Origin: an uncultured Spirochaetota bacterium
GTDB taxonomy: Bacteria; Spirochaetota; Spirochaetia; SZUA-6; DRHE01
Direction: 5' to 3'
DNA length: 64,000 bases
Assembly: GCA_963745745.1 (NCBI GenBank)
Contig: CAVUYS010000007.1
Coordinates: forward strand, 29,956 to 93,955
Part shown: positions 31,256-49,157 of the stretch, piece after piece
How positions within the stretch are numbered: position 1 is the stretch's first letter
Layout of the letters: each line of letters opens with the position of its first letter
Notes under the pieces: model-generated
Seen by the model: the letters and a program-made list of their open reading frames with translations, nothing else
Databases searched by the model: none
What the model was told of the DNA's origin: nothing
Position numbers and translations under genes: made by a program

Positions 31256-33338
31256 TTAGCTTCCAGCAAAGGTCCCGCGGACCCTCTGCAGAATGTCCTC
31301 CTGGACCGCCCTGGGCACCGGCTGGTAGGAGTGGAGCTGCATGGTGTGGGCGGCCCGTCCCTGGCCCAGCGCGCGCAGCCGGGTCGTGTACCCGAACAGC
31401 TGCCGCAGCGGCACCAGGGCCCGGAGCAGCTTGCCACCAGGCCGATCCTCGATCTCCTCCACCCTCCCGGTCCTGCCCAAGAGGTCCGCGATCAGACGCG
31501 CCGAGGTACTCCTCGGGGCTCGCTACCTCCACGCTCATGGCCGGCTCCAGGATCACCGGTCCGGCCCGCTCCAGGCCCTGCTTGTAGGCCATGGAGGCGG
31601 CGATCCGGAAGCTCAACTCCCCGGAGGCCACCGGATCGTGGGCGCCGGCCAGCAGGATCGCCCGGAAGTCGACCAGCGGATAGCCGGCCAGCACCCCGTT
31701 GCCCCTGCTCTCCGCCACGCCCTTCTCGACCGCCTCGACGAACTGCCCCGGCAGCCCCTCCGAGCGGTTCTCGAAGTCAAACCCCTCGCCCCGGGGCAGC
31801 GGCTCGAAGCGCAGGCGCACCAGGGCGAATTGCCGGCGCCCCCTGGTCGGCTCGAAGCGCCCCTCCGCCTCCGCGCAGGCGGTGATCGTTTCCCGGTAGG
31901 CCACCTGCGGCCTGCCCACCGAAGCCCGCACATTATACTCGCGGGCCAGGCGCTGCACAACGATCTCCAGGTGCAGCTCCCCCATCCCCCAGATCACGGT
32001 CTGGCCGGTCTCGGCCTCCTGCAGGACCCGGAAGGTGGGGTCCTCCTCGGCGAGGCGCGCCAGCGCCTCGCCCAGGCGTCCGGCCTCCTGCTGCCGGCGG
32101 GGCTCGATGGCCATCGAGACCACCGGCTCCGGGAACTGCATCCGCTCCAGGACCATCGGCTCTTCCTCGCCGCAGAGGCTGTCCCCGGTCACGGCCCGGC
32201 GCAGGCCCGCCGCCGCGGCGATGTCCCCCGCCCGCACCTCGGAGATGGCCTCCGATTTGTCGGCGTGGATGCGCAGGAGGCGCAGCACCCGCTCCCGGCC
32301 CCCGCGCGCGGCGTTGTACACCTGCTCCCCCGCCCGCAGGGTCCCGGAGTACACCCGGAGGAAGCCCAACCTGCCGGCGTACGGGTCCTCGGCGGTCTTG
32401 AAAACCAGCGCCGCCAGGGGCCCGCCCGCATCAGCCGGCTGCACCACCTCCAAACCGTCCCGCCAGGCCCGGAAAGCCGGGCAGGTCGGCCGGGGAAGGA
32501 AGCCAGGCCACGACCGCGTCCAGCAGGGGCTGGATGCCCTGGTTGCGGCCGGCCGCCCCGCAGAGCACCGGCACCAGGCCGGCTCCCAGGGTGGCCCGCC
32601 GGATGGCCCGGCTCACGCTCTCGGCCCCCGGCTCCCCGCCTCCGAGGTACTCCTCCAGGAAGGCCTCGTCCAGCTCGGCCAGATGCTCCAGCAGCCTGGC
32701 CCGCGCCTCCCGCGCGGCAGGCAGTGCCTCGGCGGGCACCTCCTGCTCGCGGAACCGCGAGCCCAGCTCGTCCTGGTCCCACAGCAGCGCCTTCATCCGC
32801 ACCAGGTCCACCACCCCGACGAAGCCGCCGGCCTCGCCCAGGGGCAGCTGCACGGCCACGCGCGTCGGCCCCCAGGCGGCGGCGCATCTCCTCCACCACC
32901 TCCGGGAAGCGGGCCCCGACCCGGTCCATCTTGTTGACGAAGGCCAGGCGCGGCACGCGGTAGCGCTCCGCCTGCCTCCAGACGGTCTCGCTCTGCGGCT
33001 GCACGCCGGCCACCGCGCAGAAAATCCCGACCGCCGCGTCCATTACTCTCAAAGAGCGCTCCACCTCGGCCGTGAAGTCCACGTGCCCGGGGGTATCGAT
33101 GATGTTGATCTGGCAGCCCCGCCAGGAGCAGAAGGTGGCAGCAGCGGTGATGGTGATCCCCCGCTCCTTCTCCAGCTCCATCCAGTCCATGCTTGGCGTC
33201 CCCTTCGTCCACCTCGCCCATTTTGCGGGTTCGGCCGGTATAGAAGAGGATCCGCTCCGTCGCCGTGGTCTTGCCGGCGTCGATGTGGGCCACGATCCCG
33301 ATGTTGCGAATCCTGTCCAACGGGAACGGGGCGGACAT
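31256..33338 (-). pseudogene. fusA: translation elongation factor G (divergent str-operon copy), four 1-nt insertions
   Basis: Five pieces: [35 protein letters not shown] (33338) / [43 protein letters not shown]...FVNKMDR / [27 protein letters not shown] / [21 protein letters not shown]...GELHLEIVVQRL / GRVEEIEDRPGGKLLRALVPLRQLFGYTTRLRALGQGRAAHTMQLHSYQPVP. Frame classes run 2,1,0,2,1. 2083 nt = 3n+1. Confidence 0.9.
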
Positions 33339-33413
33339 ACCGTCGAATGTGGCTCGCTTGCGGCCCGCACTCTGGGCCCCCGTCCTCCCCGACGGCAGGC
33401 CTGGTCTGTCAGG

Positions 33414-33881
33414 CTACCAGCGGTAGTGGGCGAACGCCTTGTTGGCCTCCGCCATGCGGTGGGTGTCCTCCTTTTTCTTGAACGCCGAGCCGGTGGAGTT
33501 GAAGGCGTCCATCAGCTCCGCGCTCAGCTTCTCGCTCATGCTGCCGCGCCGCGCGCGGGCATACTGGATGATCCAGCGCATGGCCAGCGCCTCGCGCCGG
33601 CTGTCGCGGACCTCCACCGGCACCTGGTAGGTGGAGCCGCCCACGCGCCGCGACTTCACCTCCACCACCGGCTTCACGTTCTCCAGGGCCTTGGTGAAGA
33701 CCTCCAGCGGCTCCTTGCCCAGCTTCTCCTTGATGATCTCGAAGGCCCGGTACATGATGCTGTAGCCCGCCGATTTCTTGCCGCGCAGCATCATCCGGCC
33801 CACCAATAAGGAAATCTCCTTGCTGCCGAACAGCGGATCCGGCTGTGCGGGTCTCTTGGGCGGTACTCTTCGCCTGGGCAT
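33414..33881 (-). CDS. rpsG: 30S ribosomal protein S7
   Basis: 155 aa. [27 protein letters not shown]...[19 protein letters not shown]. Confidence 0.95.
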   Translation of the reverse strand: MPRRRVPPKRPAQPDPLFGSKEISLLVGRMMLRGKKSAGYSIMYRAFEIIKEKLGKEPLEVFTKALENVKPVVEVKSRRVGGSTYQVPVEVRDSRREALAMRWIIQYARARRGSMSEKLSAELMDAFNSTGSAFKKKEDTHRMAEANKAFAHYRW

Positions 33882-33900
33882 ACTTTACAACCTTCCCTCG

Positions 33901-34275
<375 letters not shown>

Positions 34276-34302
34276 TCCCGTCCTTTCTCGAAACGTCACG
34301 TG

Positions 34303-34333
34303 AATCTACCAACATAAGGCGCGAAAGTGTCAA
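34303..34333 (-). promoter_or_regulatory. sigma70-like promoter for the rpsL-rpsG-fusA-tuf (str) operon
   Basis: Minus strand TTGACA (34333-34328), 19 nt, TAGATT (34308-34303), about 27 nt upstream of ATG 34275. The spacer is longer than optimal. Confidence 0.4.
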
Positions 34334-34516
34334 GCCTCCCCTTGGACGGAGAAGGCTGCGCTTCGGGCCTGCTTGCTCTGGAAACACTGCTCGCTTGGCG
34401 TCGGAATCCTTCCTCCGCGCAGCCGGAACATCCGGCCCTCCGCCGCACTTCCGGCCCGGACGAGCATAGCACGGCGCAGGCCAGGCGCTCGTGGCAAGCG
34501 CCGTCACGGCCTAGGG

Positions 34517-34550
34517 GCCGGCGCCCGCCGCCATCCCTGGCGGCGCCGGC
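34517..34550 (-). terminator. GC-rich imperfect hairpin just downstream of rpoC (no U-tract)
   Basis: GCCGGCGC(C)CGCCGCCA-TCCC-TGGCGGCGCCGGC. Arms pair over about 13 bp with one bulge and begin 16 nt after the rpoC stop. Lack of a T-run makes intrinsic-terminator function uncertain. Confidence 0.3.
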
Positions 34551-34565
34551 ACCGGCATCGCCTGC

Positions 34566-38831
<4,266 letters not shown>

Positions 38832-38847
38832 TCCTAGCCTCCTCGGG

Positions 38848-42374
<3,527 letters not shown>

Positions 42375-42457
42375 CGTCCCTCCCTGGAAACGACAAGGCG
42401 CCCCGGGCACCCTGACGGGCACCGAGGCACGGGTCGCAAGTTTATGGCACTGTCCGG

Positions 42458-42486
42458 AATCTGCGTGCGAGCTTACTGGATGTCAA
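42458..42486 (-). promoter_or_regulatory. possible sigma70-like promoter in the rplL-rpoB spacer
   Basis: Minus strand TTGACA (42486-42481), 17 nt, CAGATT (42463-42458). The -35 hexamer contains the TGA that ends the frame-corrected rplL. Confidence 0.35.
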
Positions 42487-42857
42487 CACTTCGCGCCGGC
42501 CGTCTCAAGCTGCTGTCTTGATCTTCGCGGCCTCCTCCTTGGAGACCTTTTCCTTGACAGGCTTGTCGCCAGCTTCAACCAGGTCCTTGGCTTCCTTGAG
42601 CCCCAGCCCGGTGATCGCCCGGACTTCCTTGATCACGGGAATCTTCTTCTCGGCATCGAAGCTCTTCAGCACGACGGTGAACTCGGTCTTTTCCTCCACG
42701 GCTGCGGCCGCGGCGGCTGCCAGCCGGCGGCCACCGCCACCGGGGCGGCCGCGGTCACGCCGAACTTCTCCTCCATCGCCTTGACCAGCTCGGAGACCTC
42801 CAGCACGGTCATGCCGGCGATCGCTTCCAGAATCTGTTCCTTGCCCAGTGTTGCCAT
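42483..42857 (-). pseudogene. rplL: 50S ribosomal protein L7/L12, two frame breaks (about 42725 and 42515)
   Basis: [45 protein letters not shown] (42666..42857) / [60 protein letters not shown] (42505..42699). Removing one A at about 42515 gives ...[16 protein letters not shown], a canonical L12 ending. 375 nt = 125 codons. AAGGAGAAG SD before ATG 42857. Confidence 0.85.
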
Positions 42858-42880
42858 TTATCTTCTCCTTGGTTTAAGAA

Positions 42881-43472
42881 TTAAATCGACGGCAATAGTG
42901 TGCAACATCCGAAGACTAATGCCGTCATGATTCCTTGGTCTTTGGCCTTCTGCTCGGCCACCGCCTGCAGGGTGCGCACCAGCTTGGAGCTGACCCCCTT
43001 CATGGCGTACATCATGTTGCGCAGGGGGGCGTTCATGGTGCCCATCAGCATGGCCAGCAGCTCCAGGCGCCCCGGCAGCCGGGAAATGCGCCTCCACCGC
43101 CAGGACCTCCAGGGCCTTGCCGTCGATCATCCCGCCCTTCACCTTCAGCCGGGATTCCCTGGCGAAATCGAAGAGGACCTTGGCCACCGGCCCGACATCC
43201 GTGCGGGCCATGGCGATGGCCGTCGGGTTGGTCAGGAAGCCCTCCTGGAAGGGCAGCCCGAGCTCGGCCAGGGCGATCTTGGCGTAGCTGTTCTTCACCA
43301 CCTTGTATTCGGCGGACTGCTTGCGCAGGGTCCGCCGCAGGTCGCTGATCTGGGCCACGGTCAGGCCGCGGTAGTCGGTGAAGATCAGCCCGGGGGCCTG
43401 GCGGATCTTGTCCCGCAGCAGGGCCACCGCGTCGCGCTTGTACTGCTGTATCTTCTGTGTTTTTTCTCCCAT
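42881..43472 (-). pseudogene. rplJ: 50S ribosomal protein L10, one frame break near 43085; 3' end uncertain (42881, or 42925 if a further indel)
   Basis: [68 protein letters not shown]...GKALEVLAVEA, then after GCG[C]ATT: ISRLPGRLELLAMLMGTMNAPLRNMMYAMKGVSSKLVRTLQAVAEQKAKD... One more 1-nt removal would end it as ...AKDKES-TGA at 42925-42927. Confidence 0.85.
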
Positions 43473-43473
43473 C

Positions 43474-44170
43474 TCACTTGTCCCCTTCGAACTTTTCCTT
43501 GGCGTTGATCAGCACGCCCGGTCCCATGGTCGAGGAGAGGGCGATCGATTGGACGTATTCGCCTTTCAGGTCGGCCGGGCGCTTGCGCAGAACCTCCTGC
43601 AGCAGCAGGCGGGCGTTTTCCAGGATCTTCTCCGCGTCCATGGAGACCTTGCCGATGGCCAGGTGCACCACGCCCGACTTGTCGGCCCGGAACTCTACGC
43701 GCCCCTTCTTCAGCTCCTCCACCGCCTCCTTCACGTCGAAGGTGACGGTCTGGGTCTTGGGGTTGGGCATCAGGCCGCGGCGCCCCAGGATCTGGCCCAG
43801 CTTGCCGACGTCCTTCATCATGTCCGGGGTGGCCACGGCGATGTCGAAATCGAGCCAGCCCGCCCTGGATCTTGTCGATCAGGTCCTCGTCGCCGACGAA
43901 GGCCGCCCCGCCTGGCCCGCGCCTCCTCGGCCTTTTCGCCCTTGGCGAAGACCAGGATCTTCTTCTCCTGGCCCGGAAGCGGTGGGGCAGCACCAGGGTG
44001 TCGCGCATCGTGTGCTTGCTCTTGAGGTTCAGGCGGATGGCCACTTCGACCGTCTCGTCGAACTTGGCGAAGGCCATGGACTTCACCAGGTCCACCGCCT
44101 GCTCCAGGCTGACCTGCTCGCTGTGGGTGTGCTTGGCCGCCGAGGCCAGGTACTTCTTGCCGTGGCTCAT
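43474..44170 (-). pseudogene. rplA: 50S ribosomal protein L1, at least three frame breaks (43850-43990)
   Basis: [63 protein letters not shown] (frame of ORF 43385..44635) / [16 protein letters not shown] / [34 protein letters not shown]...[11 protein letters not shown] (43474..43836). ATGA overlap with the rplK stop. Confidence 0.9.
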
Positions 44171-44614
44171 TCCCGCACCTCCACGCCCTCCACCATGACG
44201 CCCATGCTGCGGGCGGTCCCGGCGATGATGCTTCATGGCCATCTCGATGTCGTTGGCGTTCAGGTCCGGCAGCTTTGCTTCCGCGATGGAGCGCAGCTGC
44301 TCCTTGCTCAGGGTGCCCACCTTCTTCTTGTTCGGCACCGCCGAGCCCTTCTCCAGGCCCAAGGCCTTGCGGATCAGCACCGCCGCCGGCGGGGTCTTGG
44401 TGATGAAGGTGAAGCTCTTGTCCGAGTAGATCGTGATCACCACCGGGATCAGCAGGCCCTCTTCCAGGCCCTTGGTGCGCTCGTTGAACTGCTGGCAGAA
44501 CTGCGGCGCCGAAACGCCGTGCGGGCCCAGGGCGGGTCCGACCGGCGGCGCGGGCGTGGCCTTGCCGGCCGGCACCTGCAGCTTGACGATCGCGGCTACC
44601 TTCTTTTTCGCCAT
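44167..44614 (-). pseudogene. rplK: 50S ribosomal protein L11, one 1-nt insertion near 44232
   Basis: [47 protein letters not shown]...[11 protein letters not shown], then AAG[C]ATC restores [23 protein letters not shown]. 448 nt = 3n+1. Confidence 0.9.
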
Positions 44615-44683
44615 TTGCTCCTCCTCTGTGGTCACTAGCGCCCGCCGCCAGCGGGCGGGCTCCCAGCGCGAGGTCGTGCCTGC

Positions 44684-45238
44684 TCAGATCTTCTCCACCT
44701 GCAGAAAATCCAGCTCCACCGGAGTGGAGCGGCCGAAAATTCCCACCATCACCCGCAGCTTGCCCTTTTCCAGGTTGACCTCCTCGACGGTGCCGGTGAA
44801 GGAGTCGAAGGGGCCGTCGATGATGCGCACCGACTCGCCCACCGAGAAGATCTGCTTGGGCTTCAGGGTCTTCTCGCTCTTGATCTCCCCGGCCCGCTGC
44901 AGGACCTCCCGGGCCTCCTCGGCGCTGATGGCCTGCGGCTTCTGGTTGCGGGTGGAGCCCACGAAGCCGGTCACCCCGGGGATCTTGCGGATGGCCGAGC
45001 AGACGCTCTTCCAGCCGGTCTCGGGGAGGTCCATCTCCACCAGGATGTAGCCGGGGAGGAACTTCTTGGAGCTGACCCGGCGCTTGCCGTCGTTGATCTC
45101 CACCACCTCCTCGGAAGGGACCTTCACGGTCGAAACCGCGTCGGCCAGCGTGCCGTCCTCCACGAGCATGTTGATGTGCTTCTGTACCTTGTTCTCATAC
45201 CCCGAATAGGTATGGACCACGTACCAGCCCTTGGCCAT
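44684..45238 (-). CDS. nusG: transcription termination/antitermination factor NusG
   Basis: 184 aa. MAKGWYVVHTYSGYENKVQKHI...KIPGVTGFVG...FSVGESVRIIDGPFDSFTGTVEEVN. Confidence 0.95.
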   Translation of the reverse strand: MAKGWYVVHTYSGYENKVQKHINMLVEDGTLADAVSTVKVPSEEVVEINDGKRRVSSKKFLPGYILVEMDLPETGWKSVCSAIRKIPGVTGFVGSTRNQKPQAISAEEAREVLQRAGEIKSEKTLKPKQIFSVGESVRIIDGPFDSFTGTVEEVNLEKGKLRVMVGIFGRSTPVELDFLQVEKI

Positions 45239-45253
45239 TCGCGTCCCCGCCTC

Positions 45254-45433
45254 TTAGAAAATGAGGTCGATCCCCCGGAAGATCAGGTAATCCACCAACC
45301 CCAGCACGATGGCGATCAGGATCGTGGAGACGAGCACGACCTTGGTGGAGGAGGTTACCTCCTCCCGGCTGGGCCAGGTGACCTTCTTCAGCTCCGCGAA
45401 GCTCTCCTTGAAAAACCGGATGATCTTCTTCAT
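45254..45433 (-). CDS. secE: preprotein translocase subunit SecE
   Basis: Hand translation: MKKIIRFFKESFAELKKVTWPSREEVTSSTKVVLVSTILIAIVLGLVDYLIFRGIDLIF-TAA (59 aa, below the track cutoff). Canonical position before nusG. Confidence 0.85.
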   Translation of the reverse strand: MKKIIRFFKESFAELKKVTWPSREEVTSSTKVVLVSTILIAIVLGLVDYLIFRGIDLIF

Positions 45434-45466
45434 CGTCCCCTTCGCGAAAGGATTCTAGCTACCCAA

Positions 45467-45540
45467 CAGGCCAGGCAGGACTCGAACCCGCAACATCCGG
45501 TTTTGGAGACCGGCGCTCTACCAGTTGGAGCTACTGGCCT
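45467..45540 (-). tRNA. tRNA-Trp (anticodon CCA)
   Basis: Reverse complement AGGCCAG TA GCTC CAACTGGT AGAGC G CCGGT CTCCAAA ACCGG ATGTT GCGGG TTCGAGT CCTGC CTGGCCT G. The full cloverleaf folds by hand. No encoded CCA end. Confidence 0.9.
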
Positions 45541-45551
45541 AGGCGCAAGCT

Positions 45552-45728
45552 CTACTTTATCTTTGCTTCCTTGTGAAGGGTGTGCTTCCTGTCGAACTTG
45601 CAGTATTTGCTGAACTCCAGCTTCTCCTGGACGTTGCGCTTGTTCTTGTAGGTCGTGTAGTTGCGCCGATCGCACTCGCTGCATTGCAAAGCCACGAGCT
45701 CTACGTTCTTGCCCTTCGCTTTCCCCAT
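45552..45728 (-). CDS. rpmG: 50S ribosomal protein L33
   Basis: Hand translation: [61 protein letters not shown] (58 aa, below the track cutoff). Confidence 0.9.
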   Translation of the reverse strand: MGKAKGKNVELVALQCSECDRRNYTTYKNKRNVQEKLEFSKYCKFDRKHTLHKEAKIK

Positions 45729-45768
45729 GACGAGAACATCCTTTTTTGCTGACGTGAGTTAGCACGTC

Positions 45769-45798
45769 AATATAGTAAGAAAATGCCGATCGTGTCAA
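45769..45798 (-). promoter_or_regulatory. sigma70-like promoter for rpmG-tRNA-Trp-secE-nusG...
   Basis: Minus strand TTGACA (45798-45793), 18 nt, TATATT (45774-45769). Followed by the perfect hairpin GACGTG-CTAACT-CACGTC in the 40-nt leader. Confidence 0.55.
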
Positions 45799-45819
45799 CG
45801 GCCCCGGCTCAGGAATTAC

Positions 45820-45892
45820 AGCCTCCGCTCGGAATTGAACCGAGGACCCCCTCCTTACCATGGAGGTGCTCTGCCGACTGAGCTACAGAGGC
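45820..45892 (-). tRNA. tRNA-Thr (anticodon GGT)
   Basis: Reverse complement GCCTCTG TA GCTC AGTCGGC AGAGC A CCTCC ATGGTAA GGAGG GGGTC CTCGG TTCAATT CCGAG CGGAGGC T. The cloverleaf folds by hand (one G-U in the acceptor stem). Confidence 0.9.
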
Positions 45893-45909
45893 GCAAGCGT
45901 TCGACAATC

Positions 45910-45938
45910 AAGGTATCAAAACTCCAGGCCCGTGTCAA
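45910..45938 (-). promoter_or_regulatory. sigma70-like promoter for tRNA-Thr
   Basis: Minus strand TTGACA (45938-45933), 17 nt, TACCTT (45915-45910), about 17 nt before the tRNA 5' end. Confidence 0.45.
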
Positions 45939-45955
45939 TCGCGGCGCGCCGCCCT

Positions 45956-46487
45956 TCAGGCGCTGTGGTAGAACAGCAGCACCGAGCGGCCGTATACCCG
46001 CCGGTCGGCCAGCCGGAAACCGGCCACCTGCTCGGGCAGCAGCTGCTCCCGCGGCAGGTGGGCCAGCAGCAGGCCGCCGGGGGCCAGCACTCCCCGCTCC
46101 GGCCAGCATTCCCACCAGCTCCTCGGTGCCCTTCTGCCCGAACGGAGGATCCAGGAAGATCGTGTCGAAACGGCCCGCCCGGCGGGCCACGAAGCGCTCC
46201 GCCGGCATGATGTGGATCTCCCTGGCCTGGGTCAGGAAAGAGGTGTTGGCCAGCAGGGTGCGCCGCTTCCCGGGGTCCTTCTCCACGAAAACCACCGGCT
46301 CCGCCCCCCGGGAGGCGGCCTCCACCCCGACCACCCCGGAACCGGAAAACAGGTCCAGGAACGAGGTTCCGGTGAGGTCCCCCAGGATGGCGAAAAGGCT
46401 CTCCCGCATCCGGTCCATGGCCGGCCGGATCACCCCCGGCGGGCAGAGGATCGTGCGCCCCTTATAGAATCCACCCGTGATCCGCAT
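45956..46487 (-). pseudogene. rsmD: 16S rRNA (guanine966-N2)-methyltransferase RsmD, one 1-nt insertion near 46100
   Basis: MRITGGFYKGRTILCPPGVIRPAMDRMRESLFAILG...LDLFSGSGVVGVEAASRGA...FLDPPF (frame of ORF 45855..46835), then ERGVLAPGGLLLAHLPREQLLPEQVAGFRLADRRVYGRSVLLFYHSA-TGA in the next frame. 532 nt = 3n+1. Confidence 0.85.
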
Positions 46488-48569
46488 CCAGCTCCCCCCG
46501 CTCGGTTTGCCGGCCTTCCGGCGGTCCCTCGCCCTGGCGCCGCAGGCGCTCCAGGACTTGCCGCACCGGCGCGTTCTCCGGCCTGTCCAACCCGGGGTCG
46601 GCGCCGACCAGCTCCAGGGCGTCGGCCCGGGCCGCCCGGCAGATTTCCCAGTCCCGGGCCAGGTCGGCCACCCCCAGGCGCAGCGCGCCGGACTGCCGCG
46701 CGCCCAGGAACTCCCCCGGCCCGCGCAGGCGCAGGTCCTCCTCGGCCAGGGCGAAACCGTCGCTGGAGCCCAGCACCGCCTTGAGGCGGGAGGCGCCGGC
46801 TTCGGCGAGGTCCTCGCCGTACACCAGGAAAGCATAGGACTGGCGGGGCCCCCGCCCCACCCGCCCGCGCAGCTGGTGCAGGCTGGCCAAGCCGAAGCGC
46901 TCCGCCTGCTGGACCACCAGGCAGTTGGCGTTGGGCACGTCCACCCCCACCTCCAGGACGCTGGTGGCCACCAGCACGTCCACCCGGCCCGCGGCGAAGG
47001 CGGCCATGACCTTCTCGGGCTCCGGCACGCGGGAGTGCAGCAGGGCCAGGCGCAGCTCCGGGAAGGTCTCCCGCTTCAAGCGGCGGAACATGGCCTCCGC
47101 CTCCTTCGGCCCCCCGGCCTCCGTTCCGATCAGCGGATAGACCAGGTAGGCCTGGCCGCCCCGGCGCACCTCCTCCCGCACTCGCTCGTACACCCTGCCC
47201 TCGTTGCCCTGGCGGGTCAAGTGGGTGATCACCGGCAGCCGGCCCCCCGGCAGCTCCCGCAGCTCGGAATGCCCCAGGTCGCCGAACAGCAGCAGGGCCA
47301 GGGTGCGCGGGATGGGCGTGGCGCTCATCAGCAGCAGGTCGGCCGCCTCCCCCTTGGCCAGCAGGGCCCCGCGCTGCCGCACCCCGAAGCGCTGCTGCTC
47401 GTCCACGATCGCCAGCCCCAGGCGCCGGTAGCGCACCTCGGCCGAGAACAGGGCCTGCGTGCCTACGGCCAGGTCCAGCTCGCCGCGGGCCAGGGCCGCC
47501 AGCAGGCTGGCCCGCGCCTCACCCTGCACCGCCCCGGTGAGCAGGGCCACGCGCACCCCCAGCGGCTCCAGCAGGCGCGCGGCCGTGTCCGCGTGCTGCC
47601 GGGCCAGCAGCTCCGTGGGGGCCAGCAGGGCGGCCTGCTCCCCGGCCTCGATCACCGCCAGGGCGGCCAGGAGGGCCACCAGGGTCTTGCCGCTGCCCAC
47701 CTCGCCCTGCAGGAGCCGGGAGGCGGGGTGCGGGCCGAACAGGTCCGCTTCGATCTCGGCCAGGGCCCTCTCCTGGTCCCGGGTCAGCCGGAAGGGCAGG
47801 CGGGACAGCAGCCGGGACTGCAGGCCCCCGTCCCCCCGCTCGCGCCGGCGCTCCACGGTCTTCCGGGCCCGCCGCGAGCGCTCCAGGCGCAGCTGGTAGT
47901 AGAACAGCTCGGTGTAGGCCAGGGCGCGGCGGGCGGCCGCCTGCTCCTCTTCCGACTGCGGGAAATGCAGCCCGCGCAGGGCTTCCCGCGGGCCGGGAAG
48001 GCCGTGCCGGGCGCGCAGGATCTGGGGAATCCAGGCCTCCGGCTCGCCTGCCGCCTCCAGGGCCTGGGCCACCAGCAGGCGCATCACCCGCTGGCTCACC
48101 CCCTCGGTCAGCGGGTAGACCGGGAGGATGCGGCCCACGATCCGGCTCTCCTCCTGCGGGTCGTAGGGCTCCAGCTCGAAGCCGCCGCAGGAGAGCTCGC
48201 CGCTCGCTGGGCCTGGAAGCGGCCGGACACCCAGAAGCGCCGGTCCGGCAGAAGCTGCCTGGACAGGAAGGGCCGGCCGAAACACAGCAGCGCCGCCCGC
48301 CCCGACTCGTCCTCGATCACGGCCTTGTACACGCGGGGACGGCTCCTGCCGAACCAGCTCCCGGAGACGACCCGCACCAGCACATTGGCCCGTTCGCGGG
48401 CCCCGGCATCGGCCAGCCGATCGCGCCGGCGGCGGTCCTGGTAGTCGCGGGGGGCGTGTTCCAGCAGGTCGGCCAGGGTGCGGATGCCCAGGCGAGCCAG
48501 GTGCCCCGCCAGGACGGGCCCGACCCCGCGCAGGGCCGTGACCGGGCGGCTGTCCTGGCCCGGGGGCAC
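46462..48569 (-). pseudogene. recG: ATP-dependent DNA helicase RecG, one 1-nt deletion near 48215; start assignment tentative
   Basis: ORF 46462..48285 holds the helicase core (GEVGSGKTLVALLA, IVDEQQRFGV, LLMSATPIPRTL, QLRGRVGRG). The wedge/N-terminal part VTALRGVGPVLAGHLARLGIRTLADLLEHAPRDY...RFWVSGRFQ lies in the frame of ORF 48108..48854. GTG at 48569 is the first start after the yggT stop. 2108 nt = 3n+2. Confidence 0.85.
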
Positions 48570-48574
48570 GGGAG

Positions 48575-49153
48575 CTAGAAAGGCAGGGCCAGCAGGGCGG
48601 CGCGCAGGAGCCCGAACAGCAGCGCCCCCAGCAGGTGCACGATGAGCAGCGCGACGATGACCACCACCAGCAGGTGCTCTTCCTTGGAAACCGGGCGCGG
48701 CAGCAAAGCGCGCGCGGCGGAAACCGCGGGCCGGACCAGGGCCTCCAGCAGCTCCCCGACGGGGTTCTCGTAGCGGCGGGTGAAAAGGCGGAAGATCAGG
48801 CGCAGCGCGGCCGCCGCGATGAAAAGGATCAGCAGGAAGGAGAGACCGGACCACAGCGCCCCGGCCAGCGTGCCGAGCAGCAGGCCCAGGGTGAAGCGGC
48901 CCCCGGCGGCGAGGGCCCTGCTCAGGTCCAGGGCCACGATCAGGACCAGGACCGCCGCCACCGCGGTGAAATCGAACAGCCCCCGGCGCAGGAAACTGAT
49001 CCCTCGGAACAGACGCAGGTAAGGGTCGGTGAAGCGCAGCAGCGCGCGCCAGCCGGGCCCGGAGGCCGAGCCGGGGAACCAGGAGAGCAGGAAACGCATG
49101 GAGATCAGGATGATGTAGACCACCAGCAGGCCGGAGAGAAGCTGCCAGAACAT
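48575..49153 (-). CDS. YggT-family integral membrane protein (duplicated form)
   Basis: 192 aa, four hydrophobic segments. MRFLLSWFPG and a repeated architecture fit the YGGT family from memory. Confidence 0.6.
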   Translation of the reverse strand: MFWQLLSGLLVVYIILISMRFLLSWFPGSASGPGWRALLRFTDPYLRLFRGISFLRRGLFDFTAVAAVLVLIVALDLSRALAAGGRFTLGLLLGTLAGALWSGLSFLLILFIAAAALRLIFRLFTRRYENPVGELLEALVRPAVSAARALLPRPVSKEEHLLVVVIVALLIVHLLGALLFGLLRAALLALPF

Positions 49154-49157
49154 GGCG

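Noticed and set aside
45430-45861. 143-aa minus-strand ORF spanning the tRNA-Trp / rpmG / tRNA-Thr region
   Set aside because: It reads through two hand-folded tRNA genes and is out of frame with the clear 58-aa L33 gene, so it is spurious.
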